Source: an uncultured Planctomycetales bacterium (GTDB taxonomy: Bacteria; Omnitrophota; Gorgyraeia; Gygaellales; Profunditerraquicolaceae). Taken from it: 64,000 nt of DNA. The position numbers were made by a program, and so were the translations under genes. Each line of letters starts with the position of its first letter. Within the stretch, counting starts at the first letter, position 1. This document shows positions 11,273 through 21,928 of the stretch, piece after piece. The notes beneath the pieces were generated by a model, which was not told the origin of the DNA, did not search any database, and saw only the letters and a program-made list of their open reading frames with translations. The DNA is taken from NCBI GenBank assembly GCA_964645795.1, contig CAZYCL010000006.1, positions 5,520 through 69,519 on the forward strand, in the 5' to 3' direction.

Positions 11273-13486
11273 ATGTCAAATTACAAACCACAAATAAATA
11301 CCAAATACCAAAACCCAATGACTGTCGGGATCTGGTATTTTGTTATTTTTTGGTGCTTGGGATTTGGGATTTGGGATTTGCAATACGCATATGCGCAGGG
11401 GAAGTTTGAGCCGATCACCGTAAACGGCGACAAGGTCGAGTATTCAGCGGATACCAAGGAGATCACCGCCGCCGGTAACGTCGAGGTGGTATACCAGGGG
11501 GCAAGGCTTACCTGCGATAAGCTGACCGTGAACAGCTCAACCAAAGAGGCTGTAGCCGAAGGCCATGCCCGGCTTGACGACAAAAAAGGCATCATCGAAG
11601 GCGAGAAGATCATTTATAACTTCCAGAATAAGACCGGCGTTATCGTATCGGCAAGGTTCAGGTCCAATCCCTACTTCATCAATACCAGGAGGGTGGAGAA
11701 GGTTGAGGAGAACGAGTACACGGCTTACAGGGGCCAGGCCACCACCTGCAGCTTCGACCATCCGCACTACTGCATAGGAGCTAAGCGCATCACCATGGTG
11801 CCGGCAGACAAGATCCAGATGAGGGAAGGCGTCTTCTATGTAGGCAAGACCCCGGTACTCTACCTGCCCCGTTATAACCACAGCCTTAAAGACGCGATGA
11901 TGCACGTGCAGGTTCAGCCGGGCAAGAACAAGGATTGGGGCCCTTATATGCTGAGTGCCTGGAGGTATGACCTTACCGATAATATGAGCGGCAGGGTCTA
12001 CCTTGATTTCAGGCAGAAGCTCGGATGGGCCGAGGGCTTCGGCACCAATTATAAAACCGATGATTTCGGAAAGGGCGACCTCAAGGTCTACTATACCGGC
12101 GAAAAGCCTAAAAACCTCCCCGATAACGCCCAGCGTCAATATGACAGGGGATTGGTGCGTTGGCGCCACAAATGGGATATCGACCCCAAAACTACTTTTG
12201 TAAGCGAGCTCTATAAGATCTCCGACGAGAAGCGCAAGAAGCTCGATACCTCAGCTAACTTCCTTAAGGATTATTTCTACCGCGAATACGAGAAGGACGT
12301 CCAGCCGCTTTCTTACGCGCTCTTTCACCGCAACTTCAATTATTCAAGCTTCGATGTGCTCTTTCAGAAGCGCACCAACCCCTGGTACGACCAGCTGGAG
12401 AAACTTCCGGAAGTAAAATACAGCATGCCTAATACGAAGTTATGGTCGAGCCCTTTCTACTTCGAGAACAGCTCAACATTCGCCGTTTACGACAAGAAGG
12501 CGCTGATGACGCCGGTATCCGCGGACGACGTGAACATGACCAGGTTCGACATGTTCAACAAGTTCTCCATGCCTTTTAGGCTGGCGTTCTTCGAACTTAC
12601 CCCTTTTGCCGGCGAGAGGCTCACCATATATGACAAGGACTCCTACGGCAAGTCCCTGCCGGTTAGGGCGACGTTTTACAGCGGCCTTGACCTGAGCACC
12701 AAATTCTACCGCACCTTCGACGTCAAATCCAATCTCTTCGGCATGGATATCGAAGGCCTGAGGCACGTGATCAACCCTTTTATCAGTTACGTCTATAACC
12801 ACGAGCCCAGCATATCCTATACAAGATTAAAACAGATCGATGAAGTGGACGCCTTAAGGCGTAGCAACGCCGTCAACATCGGGCTTTCCAATAAGCTGCA
12901 GACCAAGCGCGAAGGCAGGTCCGTTGATCTGCTTGAAGCCAGGGTCAGCACCGATTATATATTCAAGCAGAAGTCAGATTACAAGAACGGAGGCAACCTT
13001 TCGGATATCCTGTTGGACCTGAAGTTCCTTCCGTTCTCCTGGCTGCGGCTTGACGCCGATGCCACTTTCAAGCGCTCCGTTTCCAGGTCTGCGCCCGACT
13101 ACAATAAATTCTCCACAGCCAACTATGACCTGGTCTTTGACCTTGGCAAGGACCGTTCTTTCGGTTTCGGCCAACGTTATGAGAGAGGGGCGGCAAATCA
13201 GCTTACCAGCAGCCTTCATTGGCGCTTTTCCCCGAAGTGGAAGTTTTCCATGTACCACCGTTTTAACACCGGCAAGGCAACGGATGTGTTTGATGACGGG
13301 CTGCTCGAACAGGAGTATACTTTCACGCGGGATATGCACTGTTGGGAGATGGACCTGACGCTTAATTCCAAGAAAAGCAGCGGCAGCGGTATCTGGGTGA
13401 CCTTCAGGTTAAAGGCTTTCCCCGAAATGGAGTTTGGTTTCAACCAGAGTTACCACTCATCCAAAAGCGGTTCCCAGCAGGATTAA
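11273..13486 (+). CDS. lptD: LPS-assembly outer-membrane protein LptD (OstA) family
   Basis: 737 aa. N-terminal OstA-like domain (ITVNGDKVEYSADTKEITAAGNVEVVYQGARLTCDKLTV), long beta-rich C-terminal region. The true start may be ATG 11318 (MTVGIWYFVIFWCLGFGIW signal-like segment). Confidence 0.7.
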   Translation: MSNYKPQINTKYQNPMTVGIWYFVIFWCLGFGIWDLQYAYAQGKFEPITVNGDKVEYSADTKEITAAGNVEVVYQGARLTCDKLTVNSSTKEAVAEGHARLDDKKGIIEGEKIIYNFQNKTGVIVSARFRSNPYFINTRRVEKVEENEYTAYRGQATTCSFDHPHYCIGAKRITMVPADKIQMREGVFYVGKTPVLYLPRYNHSLKDAMMHVQVQPGKNKDWGPYMLSAWRYDLTDNMSGRVYLDFRQKLGWAEGFGTNYKTDDFGKGDLKVYYTGEKPKNLPDNAQRQYDRGLVRWRHKWDIDPKTTFVSELYKISDEKRKKLDTSANFLKDYFYREYEKDVQPLSYALFHRNFNYSSFDVLFQKRTNPWYDQLEKLPEVKYSMPNTKLWSSPFYFENSSTFAVYDKKALMTPVSADDVNMTRFDMFNKFSMPFRLAFFELTPFAGERLTIYDKDSYGKSLPVRATFYSGLDLSTKFYRTFDVKSNLFGMDIEGLRHVINPFISYVYNHEPSISYTRLKQIDEVDALRRSNAVNIGLSNKLQTKREGRSVDLLEARVSTDYIFKQKSDYKNGGNLSDILLDLKFLPFSWLRLDADATFKRSVSRSAPDYNKFSTANYDLVFDLGKDRSFGFGQRYERGAANQLTSSLHWRFSPKWKFSMYHRFNTGKATDVFDDGLLEQEYTFTRDMHCWEMDLTLNSKKSSGSGIWVTFRLKAFPEMEFGFNQSYHSSKSGSQQD

Positions 13487-13509
13487 TCCTATATTAAGGA
13501 AGGAGAAAG

Positions 13510-14832
13510 ATGAACATATCAATCATCGGCGCCGGCTATGTCGGCCTGGTTACCGGAGCCTGCCTTGCAGAGTTGGGCAATAAGGTTATTTGCGTAGATA
13601 ATGACGAAAAGAAGGTCGCCGCCTTAAAAAAAGGCGTGATTCCCATATATGAGCCGGGGTTAAAAGAGTTGGTTGCCAATAACGCCAGGAAAAAGAGGCT
13701 GTTTTTTACCTCAGCCATTAAAGATGCGGTAAAGAGTTCGGAGGTGATCTTCATCGCCGTGGGCACGCCGTCGCTGGAAAACGGCGAGGCGGACCTTACC
13801 GGCATCGAGAACGTGGCGCGCAATATCGCCGTCAATATGGACAGCTACCGCCTGATCGTGGAGAAATCCACGGTGCCGGTGGAGACCGGGCAGTGGGTAA
13901 AACATACCATAAGCACTTACGTCAGGAAGAAGATAAAGTTTGATGTCGCCTCTAACCCCGAGTTCCTCAGGGAGGGCTCGGCCATAGGCGATTTTATGCA
14001 TCCGGACAGGATAGTGATCGGGGTGGAGTCGGATAAGGCAAAGGACATACTGGTCAATCTTTATAAACCCCTCAACGCCCCGATAGTGGTGACGAACATA
14101 AAGTCCGCTGAGCTTATCAAGCATTCATCCAACGCTTTCCTGGCCACCAAGATATCCTTCATCAACGCCGTCAGCCGCATCTGCGATATGGTGGGCGCCG
14201 ACGTCAAAGAGGTCGCCGACGGAATGGGCCTGGACAAGAGGATCGGCCGCGAATTCCTTAACGCCGGCATCGGCTACGGCGGCTCCTGTTTTCCCAAGGA
14301 CCTGGATGCGTTCGTCACGATCAGCGAAAAGCTGGGTTTTGATTTTGATCTGCTTAGGAGCGTGCGTAATATTAACGAAGGGCAAAGGGCCTATGTCTTT
14401 AAGAAGCTAAGGGAGGCCTTGTGGGTGATAAAAGACAAGACTGTCGCAGTGCTCGGGCTGTCGTTTAAACCCAATACCGACGATATCCGCAGCGCCCCGT
14501 CCCTGCATATTATCCGGATGCTGCAGGCCGAAGGGGCCAGGGTCAAGGTCTATGATCCCCAGGCCGAAGAAAAGGTGGGCATGCTTTTGAAGGAGGCCAG
14601 GTTCTGCCAGGACCCCTATGAGGCCTGCAAGGGAGCGGATTGCATGCTGGTGGTCACCGAATGGGACGAGTTCAAGCAGCTGGATTTCGGCAAGGTAAAG
14701 AGGTCGCTTAAGCGGCCGCTTATAGTGGACGGAAGAAATATTTATGAACCCGCAAAACTGCGTGCGATGGGTTTTACTTACATAGGGATAGGCAGGGGCT
14801 CATCAATTGCCCCCAGGGGCAGGAGGGGTTAG
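13510..14832 (+). CDS. ugd: UDP-glucose 6-dehydrogenase
   Basis: 440 aa. N-terminal NAD-binding IGAGYVGLV and catalytic GGSCFPKD motif. Confidence 0.9.
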   Translation: MNISIIGAGYVGLVTGACLAELGNKVICVDNDEKKVAALKKGVIPIYEPGLKELVANNARKKRLFFTSAIKDAVKSSEVIFIAVGTPSLENGEADLTGIENVARNIAVNMDSYRLIVEKSTVPVETGQWVKHTISTYVRKKIKFDVASNPEFLREGSAIGDFMHPDRIVIGVESDKAKDILVNLYKPLNAPIVVTNIKSAELIKHSSNAFLATKISFINAVSRICDMVGADVKEVADGMGLDKRIGREFLNAGIGYGGSCFPKDLDAFVTISEKLGFDFDLLRSVRNINEGQRAYVFKKLREALWVIKDKTVAVLGLSFKPNTDDIRSAPSLHIIRMLQAEGARVKVYDPQAEEKVGMLLKEARFCQDPYEACKGADCMLVVTEWDEFKQLDFGKVKRSLKRPLIVDGRNIYEPAKLRAMGFTYIGIGRGSSIAPRGRRG

Positions 14833-16143
14833 TTGGATAATTACTCTCGCGAGTTCAAACAGCGCATAAGGGACAAAAAGCTTAAGATTGCGGTGGTAGG
14901 GCTGGGTTACGTGGGCCTGCCTCTGGCCGTCGAGTTTGCCAGGAAAGGTTACTCTGTCTTGGGCATAGAGCTTGACAAGGACCGCGTGCGCAGGCTCAGG
15001 GAAAAGGTCTCCTACATTATAGACGTGCCCACCCCGCAGTTACGAAAAGTCGTCACAAGCGGCCATCTGCGCGCCGAGAGTGATTTCAGTTTTATCAGGG
15101 ACCAGGACGTGGTCTTTGTGTGCGTGCCCACGCCGCTTAAGCGCAAATACCATCCGGATATCTCCTTCATTAAAGATGCCGTGCGGGGGATATCGGTAAA
15201 CCTGAGAGAAAAAGCGCTGGTCATACTGGAGAGTACGACTTATCCCGGGACCACCGAAGAGGTGATCCTGCCGATGTTCGAATCGCGGGGCCTTAAGCAC
15301 GGCGCCGATTTCTATCTTTGTTTTTCACCCGAGCGCATCGACCCGGGTAACGTAAAGTTCCCCCTGCATAAGATCCCCAAGATCGTCGGCGGCATAGACG
15401 CGACCGCTTCATCCCTGTGCGCCGGCGTTTACCGGATAATCATCGAGAAGGTCGTCGCGGTCTCATCGCCCCGCGTCGCCGAGACCGCCAAGCTCCTGGA
15501 AAACACTTTCCGCATCGTAAATATCGGGATGATCGATGAGCTGGCGATGATGGCCCATAAGATGAAGATCGACATCTGGGAAGTGATCGATGCCGCCAGG
15601 ACTAAGCCGTTCGGCTTTATGCCGTTTTACCCCGGTCCGGGCGTCGGCGGCCACTGCATACCCAAAGACCCCCTCTATCTTTACTGGAAGGCCAAAAAGT
15701 TCGGCTTCAAATCGCGTTTCATAAAACTTGCCTCCGACGTCATTTCGCATATGCCAGATTATGTGGTTGAGAGGGTTGCTCAGGTGCTCGACCACCACGG
15801 CCAGAGCCTTGCCAAGTCCAGGGTGCTGGTGATAGGAGCCACCTATAAGAAAGACGTCAAGGACCTGCGTAAATCCCCGGCCCTGGATATCATCGGGATA
15901 CTTGCGGCTAAATGCTCCGAGGTTTCTTACCATGACCCGCTGATCCCGTACCTTAAGATCAATGACCTGAACCTTAAATCCGTGGCGCTCTCAGCCGGCA
16001 AGCTCAAAGATTTCGACTGCGTGGTCATCGCCACTGACCATACGGCAGTCAATTACAAGAAGCTGCTTGAAGGCTCAAGGCTTATCTTCGATGCCAGGAA
16101 CGTCTATAAGGGGATCACTCATCACAAGGTGATAAAACTCTGA
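14833..16143 (+). CDS. Nucleotide-sugar dehydrogenase (UDP-N-acetyl-D-glucosamine/mannosamine dehydrogenase family, WbpA/WecC-like)
   Basis: 436 aa. GLGYVGLP Rossmann motif, catalytic GGHCIPKD. Probably uses a TTG start immediately after the ugd stop. Confidence 0.8.
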   Translation: MDNYSREFKQRIRDKKLKIAVVGLGYVGLPLAVEFARKGYSVLGIELDKDRVRRLREKVSYIIDVPTPQLRKVVTSGHLRAESDFSFIRDQDVVFVCVPTPLKRKYHPDISFIKDAVRGISVNLREKALVILESTTYPGTTEEVILPMFESRGLKHGADFYLCFSPERIDPGNVKFPLHKIPKIVGGIDATASSLCAGVYRIIIEKVVAVSSPRVAETAKLLENTFRIVNIGMIDELAMMAHKMKIDIWEVIDAARTKPFGFMPFYPGPGVGGHCIPKDPLYLYWKAKKFGFKSRFIKLASDVISHMPDYVVERVAQVLDHHGQSLAKSRVLVIGATYKKDVKDLRKSPALDIIGILAAKCSEVSYHDPLIPYLKINDLNLKSVALSAGKLKDFDCVVIATDHTAVNYKKLLEGSRLIFDARNVYKGITHHKVIKL

Positions 16144-16144
16144 G

Positions 16145-17086
16145 ATGAAAAAGACGGCGGTAGTGACGGGCGGGGCGGGTTTTATAGGCTCGCACTTGTG
16201 CGAGCGGCTGATGGGGGCGGGTTTCAGGGTTATCTGCGTCGACAACTTCATTACCGGCAGCCGCAGGAACATCAAGGGCCTCCTGGGCAGCAGGCATTTC
16301 CTTCTTATCGAGCATAACGTATCCAGGCATATCGCCATCCCCGGGAAGGTCGCCTTTGTTTTCCACTTCGCCTCCCCGGCCTCGCCAGAGGATTACCTGA
16401 AATACCCCATACCCACTTTAAAGGTAGGTTCTCTGGGGACGCATAACGCTCTAGGCCTGGCTAAAGAGAAGAAGGCGAAGTTTATCCTGGCTTCTACATC
16501 CGAGGTCTACGGGGATCCGCTGGAGCATCCTCAAAAGGAGACCTATTGGGGCAACGTCAACCCCATAGGTATACGCGGCTGTTACGATGAGGCCAAGCGG
16601 TTTGCCGAAGCCATTACCATGGCCTACCACAGGGCCCATAAGATCGATACCAAGATCATCCGCATCTTTAATACTTACGGCCCCCGCATGCGCATTAATG
16701 ACGGAAGGGTGGTCCCGAATTTCATCTTTCAGGCACTCCACGCAAAGCCCATAACCGTATACGGTAAAGGTACGCAGACCAGGAGTTTCTGCTATGTAGA
16801 CGACCTGGTAGAGGGGATAATCAGGATGATGAACGCCCGTATAAACGAGCCCGTAAACCTGGGCAACCCAGGAGAGTTTACCATTATGCAGCTGGCCAGG
16901 ATAGTGATGAAGCTTACCGCTAGTAAAAGCAGGATTATCTTTAAACCCCTGCCTCAGGATGACCCGCGCCAGAGAAAACCCGACATCTCGCGCGCCGTAA
17001 GATACCTTAAGTGGCGCCCAAAGATAAACCTGGAAGATGGGCTCAAAAAAACCATCAGCTGGTTCAAAAATCCCCGCCAAAATTAA
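16145..17086 (+). CDS. UDP-glucuronate decarboxylase (UDP-xylose synthase), SDR family
   Basis: 313 aa. [11 protein letters not shown] Rossmann motif, catalytic YDEAKR (YxxxK), strong resemblance to UXS1/ArnA-type decarboxylases. Confidence 0.85.
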   Translation: MKKTAVVTGGAGFIGSHLCERLMGAGFRVICVDNFITGSRRNIKGLLGSRHFLLIEHNVSRHIAIPGKVAFVFHFASPASPEDYLKYPIPTLKVGSLGTHNALGLAKEKKAKFILASTSEVYGDPLEHPQKETYWGNVNPIGIRGCYDEAKRFAEAITMAYHRAHKIDTKIIRIFNTYGPRMRINDGRVVPNFIFQALHAKPITVYGKGTQTRSFCYVDDLVEGIIRMMNARINEPVNLGNPGEFTIMQLARIVMKLTASKSRIIFKPLPQDDPRQRKPDISRAVRYLKWRPKINLEDGLKKTISWFKNPRQN

Positions 17087-17099
17087 AACCTTGCCCGCC

Positions 17100-17129
17100 T
17101 TGACATTATGTCAAATAATATGTTATACT
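17100..17129 (+). promoter_or_regulatory. Putative sigma70 promoter of cvpA (TTGACA-18-TATACT) with a TTGACATTATGTCAA palindrome over the -35 element
   Basis: TTGACA at 17100-05 and TATACT at 17124-29. A perfect 6-3-6 palindrome TTGACATTATGTCAA sits at 17100-14. 10-bp inverted repeat TAATATGTTA / TAACATATTA at 17116-25 and 17144-53. Confidence 0.5.
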
Positions 17130-17166
17130 TGAAAATATTTCCTTAACATATTATTTAATCCCCTAA

Positions 17167-17754
17167 ATGCTCAAAGACTTCGTAATTAACTTCAACTGGT
17201 TCGATATAATTCTCCTAATTGTATTAACCAGAATATGTTACAATGCTGTCAAAAGCGGTATAATCGCCGAATTTTTCAAACTGATAGGCATTGCATCCGC
17301 GATATTCTTTGCCCTTCATTATTATTCATCCCTGAGCGCCTTTATCGGCAAGGCTTTCGGTTCCGGTCCGGCCCCTGCCGAGTTCATCGATTTTCTGAGC
17401 TGTTCCTTTATCGCGGCTTTCTTCTATCTACTCCTGGCGGTTTTACGCAAGACATTCTTTGGCCTTTTTAAGATAGAAGCGCCCGAGGGGCTAAACAAAT
17501 GGGGTGGTTTCTTACTCGGGGCTGTCCGGGCTCCCTTGAGCTGTTTTTTAGTGATCTATCTGTTCGCGGTCTCCTCCGTCAACTATCTCAAGGACAGCGT
17601 CGCCACATCATATCTGGGCAGTAAGTATTATAACAGCGCCGGGCAGTTCTACGCCTGGCTTTGGAACGGCCTGGGCTCCAAGCTTATGAGCAATGAGAAC
17701 TTCAATAAGGCGGTCACGGAGATCGAAAGGGTACTGAAAAAGGAAATGAAATGA
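17167..17754 (+). CDS. cvpA: CvpA-family membrane protein (colicin V production protein homologue)
   Basis: 195 aa, four predicted TM helices. N-terminal NWFDIILLIVL pattern typical of CvpA. Confidence 0.75.
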   Translation: MLKDFVINFNWFDIILLIVLTRICYNAVKSGIIAEFFKLIGIASAIFFALHYYSSLSAFIGKAFGSGPAPAEFIDFLSCSFIAAFFYLLLAVLRKTFFGLFKIEAPEGLNKWGGFLLGAVRAPLSCFLVIYLFAVSSVNYLKDSVATSYLGSKYYNSAGQFYAWLWNGLGSKLMSNENFNKAVTEIERVLKKEMK

Positions 17755-18659
17755 AGCTTGCAGAGTTTTACCGCTGTGTGATAAAGTTCGGTTCCAGCCG
17801 CGATCCCCGCGGTCACAAGATAAGCGAGTATCAGGATACGGCCATTCTTTACGGGGATGGCCAGGCAACGGTCAAGAAGCTGCTTGTCGGCGTGGATATC
17901 GAAAGCGCCGAACTCCTTCTGGCTGAAAGGATCCGCCAGAGGGAGGGGCTTGACCTGGTAATAGGGCACCATCCCGAAGGAAGGGCCTACGCCCATCTGC
18001 ACGAAGTTATGATCCTGCAGGCCGAGCTTCTTAAGAAGGCCGGTTTAAAAGACAGCGTTGCCAAAAACCTCTTAGAAGAGAGGATAAACGAAGTCCACAG
18101 GCGCATCATGCCGGCTAACCACATGCGCGCGGTCGATGCGGCCAGGCTTTTGGATATCCCGTTTATCTGCATGCATACGCCGGCGGATAACCATGTCTCC
18201 GATTTTCTGGAGCGGCTTTTCAGGAAAGAGAGGCCAGCTAAGGTCGCGGATCTCCTCGATCTTTTATCGGCAATCCCTGAATACAAGATAGCGCAATCTT
18301 CGCTTAACGCAGGCCCCAGGCTGATTTTAGGAAACCCCGGGAGGAAGGCCGGTAAGATCATCCTTGAAATGACCGGCGGAACGGAAGGCAATAAAGAGGC
18401 CTATCCCAGGCTTTATAAGAGCGGGGTGCGTACGGTGGTCTGCATGCATATGAGCGAAGAGCATTTCAAGAAGGCAAAAGAGGCCGGCCTCAATGTTATC
18501 ATCGCCGGGCACATCTCTTCGGACGTCCTGGGCATGAACCTGTTGCTGGATAATATAGAAAAGCAAGCAGGCGAGAGCTTCGAAGTGATAGGTTGTTCGG
18601 GTTTTACCAGGGTCAAGAGGAGCGGCAATGGCAGGCAGGATCCCCGAGAATGTGCTTGA
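17751..18659 (+). CDS. Nif3-like dinuclear metal-centre protein (YqfO/YbgI family)
   Basis: 302 aa. GHHPEG motif after a DLVIGHH context and a C-terminal IIAGHISSD motif resemble the NIF3 metal-binding His clusters. Confidence 0.55.
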   Translation: MKLAEFYRCVIKFGSSRDPRGHKISEYQDTAILYGDGQATVKKLLVGVDIESAELLLAERIRQREGLDLVIGHHPEGRAYAHLHEVMILQAELLKKAGLKDSVAKNLLEERINEVHRRIMPANHMRAVDAARLLDIPFICMHTPADNHVSDFLERLFRKERPAKVADLLDLLSAIPEYKIAQSSLNAGPRLILGNPGRKAGKIILEMTGGTEGNKEAYPRLYKSGVRTVVCMHMSEEHFKKAKEAGLNVIIAGHISSDVLGMNLLLDNIEKQAGESFEVIGCSGFTRVKRSGNGRQDPRECA

Positions 18660-20397
18660 GGACATTCTCAGCAAGATAGATATAGTCGAACTCATATCGG
18701 GTTTTTTCCCGCTTAAGAGGGCAGGCAGGAACTTCAAGGCCTGCTGCCCTTTTCATCACGAGAAGACGCCTTCATTCATAGTTTCTCCTGACCGTCAGAT
18801 CTATCATTGTTTCGGCTGCGGGGAGTCCGGCAACGCCTTCAGGTTCCTGATGCGTTATGAGCGCATGGATTTCCCGGAAGCGGTGGAGACCCTGGCCAAG
18901 AGATCGGGCGTAGTCATACCGGAGTTGCGCTCAAGCCAACAGCAACAGGCTTCAGGCAGCATAGAGCTCTACCGGGTGGTTGAGGCCGCCCTTACTTATT
19001 ATTGCCAGAACCTTGATTCCGCGGCCGGCTCTCAGGCAAAAAAGTACCTGCTGGACAGGGGGGTAACTCCCGAGAGCATCAGCTCATTTAAGCTGGGTTT
19101 GGCCCTGAACAAGTGGGATGGTCTGCTTGCATATTTGAGGGGAAAGGGTTTTAGTCTTTCGAGCATCGAGAGGGCAGGGCTTATCCTTGCCAAGGAGTCG
19201 GGAGGTTATTACGACCGTTTCCGTAATCGGGTATTATTCCCGATAACCGACATAAAGGGCAGGTGCTTGGGTTTTGGCGGGCGCCTGCTTGAAGGCCAGG
19301 CCCAAGAGCTTGCCAAATACTTAAACTCTCCCGAGACTCCGATCTACACCAAAGGCAGGCATCTCTACGGCATGGCTTCCAGCCGCGATTACATAAGGGA
19401 TAGCGACTGCGCGCTGGTCGTCGAAGGATACCTGGATTATCTTCTCCCTTTTCAGCACGGGATCAGGAATATCGTTGCATCCCTCGGGACGGCGCTGACG
19501 CTTGAACAGGTAAGGCTGCTTAAGCGCTATAGCTCCAACGTGATAATGGTCTATGATCCCGACGAGGCCGGGCAGATAGCGACTTTAAGGAGCCTTGATA
19601 TTTTCGTGGAAGAAGAGATGCAGGTCAGGATCGCATCTCTGCCCAAAGGGCTTGATCCGGACCTCTTTGTGCGCAAGCACGGGCCAGACGCTTTTAAGAA
19701 GCGCATGGACGAAGCGGCCAGCCTCTTTGATTATAAACTTGGGGTATTGAAGTCTGCGCATAACCATAAGACCATCGAGGGCAAGGCCCGGATCTCGTCG
19801 TTGATGCTTGAAACCATCGTCAAGATAAAGAACGAGGTGCTTAGGTCCGAGTATATACGCAAGCTTGCCCAGGAGCTGGATGTCAGGGAAGAGGCGCTTA
19901 TCCAGCAGATAAAAAAGATTAAGGCGCCCAGCGGCCCGGCCCCGCAGCAGGATCCGACCGTAAGAGCCTCGGCGGCAGGCAGCTCCACGGAACGGCTGCT
20001 GCTCAAGCTTATGCTTGAAGAAACCGAGCTGGTATCCAAGATCAGGGAGTGCGTGGAGCCCGCGGATTTTCGCGATGAGCTGGCAGGCCGGGTGGCAGGG
20101 CTAATGTTTGAGCTGGAGGCTTCGGGCCGGCGCATAGAGGCGAGCGCGCTGATGAATTATTTCGACAGCGATGAGATGTCCCAGATAATAGGCGAATCGG
20201 TATTCCTGCCGGATGAGCTCTCAAGGCAGGACAAAGAAGAGATAGTCGTAGATTGCATCCGCAGGCTCAAAGAAGAACGCGTCAAGTCCAGGAGGCACCA
20301 GTTACACGAAGAGATAAAAAAAGCTCAAGAGGCCGGAGATAATCATAGAATGGAGCTCTTGATGAGCGAGTTTCAGAGTTTAATTAGAAAGGGTTAG
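18628..20397 (+). CDS. dnaG: DNA primase
   Basis: 589 aa. CHC2 zinc finger ([12 protein letters not shown]...CFGCG), Toprim domain (EGYLD...DPDEAG), C-terminal helicase-interaction region. Confidence 0.95.
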   Translation: MAGRIPENVLEDILSKIDIVELISGFFPLKRAGRNFKACCPFHHEKTPSFIVSPDRQIYHCFGCGESGNAFRFLMRYERMDFPEAVETLAKRSGVVIPELRSSQQQQASGSIELYRVVEAALTYYCQNLDSAAGSQAKKYLLDRGVTPESISSFKLGLALNKWDGLLAYLRGKGFSLSSIERAGLILAKESGGYYDRFRNRVLFPITDIKGRCLGFGGRLLEGQAQELAKYLNSPETPIYTKGRHLYGMASSRDYIRDSDCALVVEGYLDYLLPFQHGIRNIVASLGTALTLEQVRLLKRYSSNVIMVYDPDEAGQIATLRSLDIFVEEEMQVRIASLPKGLDPDLFVRKHGPDAFKKRMDEAASLFDYKLGVLKSAHNHKTIEGKARISSLMLETIVKIKNEVLRSEYIRKLAQELDVREEALIQQIKKIKAPSGPAPQQDPTVRASAAGSSTERLLLKLMLEETELVSKIRECVEPADFRDELAGRVAGLMFELEASGRRIEASALMNYFDSDEMSQIIGESVFLPDELSRQDKEEIVVDCIRRLKEERVKSRRHQLHEEIKKAQEAGDNHRMELLMSEFQSLIRKG

Positions 20398-20401
20398 CGG
20401 T

Positions 20402-21928
20402 ATGAAAAAGAAGGTCGGCGCAAAAGATATGGAAAAGATCATCGCCCTGGGTAAGCAAAAGGGCTTTCTTACCTACGACGAGGTTAACGATATGCTGCCC
20501 GAAGACCTCTCTTCTTCGGAGGAGATCGACAGGCTTTTCGAGGTCCTGGGCAACGAAGACATAGAGTTGGTCGATAACGAGGACGATAAGGGCCAGGTTA
20601 AGGCTGAAAGCCAGCTCAAGGATGAGGCTGTCAGCGAACACCTGAAGACCGAAGAGCGTTTTCTGCCGCTGGATGACCCGGTAAAGATGTATCTTAAGCG
20701 CATGGGTTCGATATCGCTATTGTCCCGGGAAAACGAGATAGAGCTGGCTAAAAAGATAGAAGATGCCGAGGATAAGTTCAAGCGCGCTGCCATGGCTACT
20801 AGGTTTGTGCGCGCCGAGATGTCCGGGGTAGTCCGCGGCATACTCGAAGGACATATTAACGCGGAGGACGTGCTTAAAGAGGACATTAAAGACCGCAAGA
20901 GAAGCATTTTCGGGAAGACCAAAAGGATTTACGAAAAGCTCAGGCGTACCCGCAGCCCCTCTAAGGAGATAAAATTCCTCTACGAGCTTAATTTCACCAC
21001 CTCGGTGATCGAAACGGCGGTGCGTAACTTGAGCCAGGTCGTAAGGGAGCTGGACAGTATCTCTCGCTGCGGCAAGGGGCGCGCACAGAGGAAGCGCGCA
21101 CTCCTCAGGCAGTTGAGCGAGTCTTATGCCAGGACCAAGGAGCAGATCAAGCTTATCAAGGGGGCTCAGCTTAAGTTCAACCGCACAAAAAAGAAGCTGG
21201 TCGAGGCCAATCTGAGGCTGGTGGTGAGCATCGCCAAAAAATACACCAACAGGGGCCTGTCGTTTTTGGACCTGATCCAGGAGGGCAATATCGGCCTGAT
21301 GAGGGCAGTGGAGAAGTTCGAGTATAAGCGGGGTTACAAGTTTTCGACATACGCCACATGGTGGATCAGGCAGGCGATCACCCGCTCCATCGCCGACCAG
21401 GCCAGGACCATCCGCATCCCGGTGCACATGACCGAGACTATCAACAAGATCATCCGTTTCTCGCGCATATTCGTGCAGGAGAACGGCCGCGAGCCCACTC
21501 CCGAAGAGATCGCCCAGAAGATGCGCGTGCCTCAGGACAAGGTCAAGACCATCCTTAAGATCGCCCAGGAGCCGATATCCCTGCAGATGCCCATAGGCGA
21601 CGAAGGCGACACGCACTTCGGAGATTTCATCCAGGATAAAAAAGCAGTCTCTCCGGCGGATGAGACGGTCAGGAGCATGTTAAAGGATGAGATGAACATG
21701 GCCCTGGGCACGCTCACCGACCGCGAGAAGAAGATACTGGTATTGCGTTTCGGCATAAATGACGGCTGTCCCCGCACCCTGGAAGAGGTCGGCAATATCT
21801 TCAAGGTCACGCGCGAGAGGGTGCGCCAGATCGAGGCCAAGGCCCTCAAAAAATTAAGGCACCCCACGCGTTCGCGAAAATTACGGACTTTCCTGGATAT
21901 GACGCTCGCCCATCAAAGGGAGTATTGA
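20402..21928 (+). CDS. rpoD: RNA polymerase sigma factor RpoD (sigma-70)
   Basis: 508 aa. Acidic region 1, region 2.4 ([24 protein letters not shown]), region 4 helix-turn-helix. The dnaG-rpoD arrangement is conserved. Confidence 0.95.
   Translation: MKKKVGAKDMEKIIALGKQKGFLTYDEVNDMLPEDLSSSEEIDRLFEVLGNEDIELVDNEDDKGQVKAESQLKDEAVSEHLKTEERFLPLDDPVKMYLKRMGSISLLSRENEIELAKKIEDAEDKFKRAAMATRFVRAEMSGVVRGILEGHINAEDVLKEDIKDRKRSIFGKTKRIYEKLRRTRSPSKEIKFLYELNFTTSVIETAVRNLSQVVRELDSISRCGKGRAQRKRALLRQLSESYARTKEQIKLIKGAQLKFNRTKKKLVEANLRLVVSIAKKYTNRGLSFLDLIQEGNIGLMRAVEKFEYKRGYKFSTYATWWIRQAITRSIADQARTIRIPVHMTETINKIIRFSRIFVQENGREPTPEEIAQKMRVPQDKVKTILKIAQEPISLQMPIGDEGDTHFGDFIQDKKAVSPADETVRSMLKDEMNMALGTLTDREKKILVLRFGINDGCPRTLEEVGNIFKVTRERVRQIEAKALKKLRHPTRSRKLRTFLDMTLAHQREY

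Noticed and set aside
11349-11372. GGGATTT x3 tandem repeat as a CRISPR or microsatellite feature
   Set aside because: Only three 7-nt units lying inside the lptD signal-peptide coding region; it is low-complexity coding sequence.
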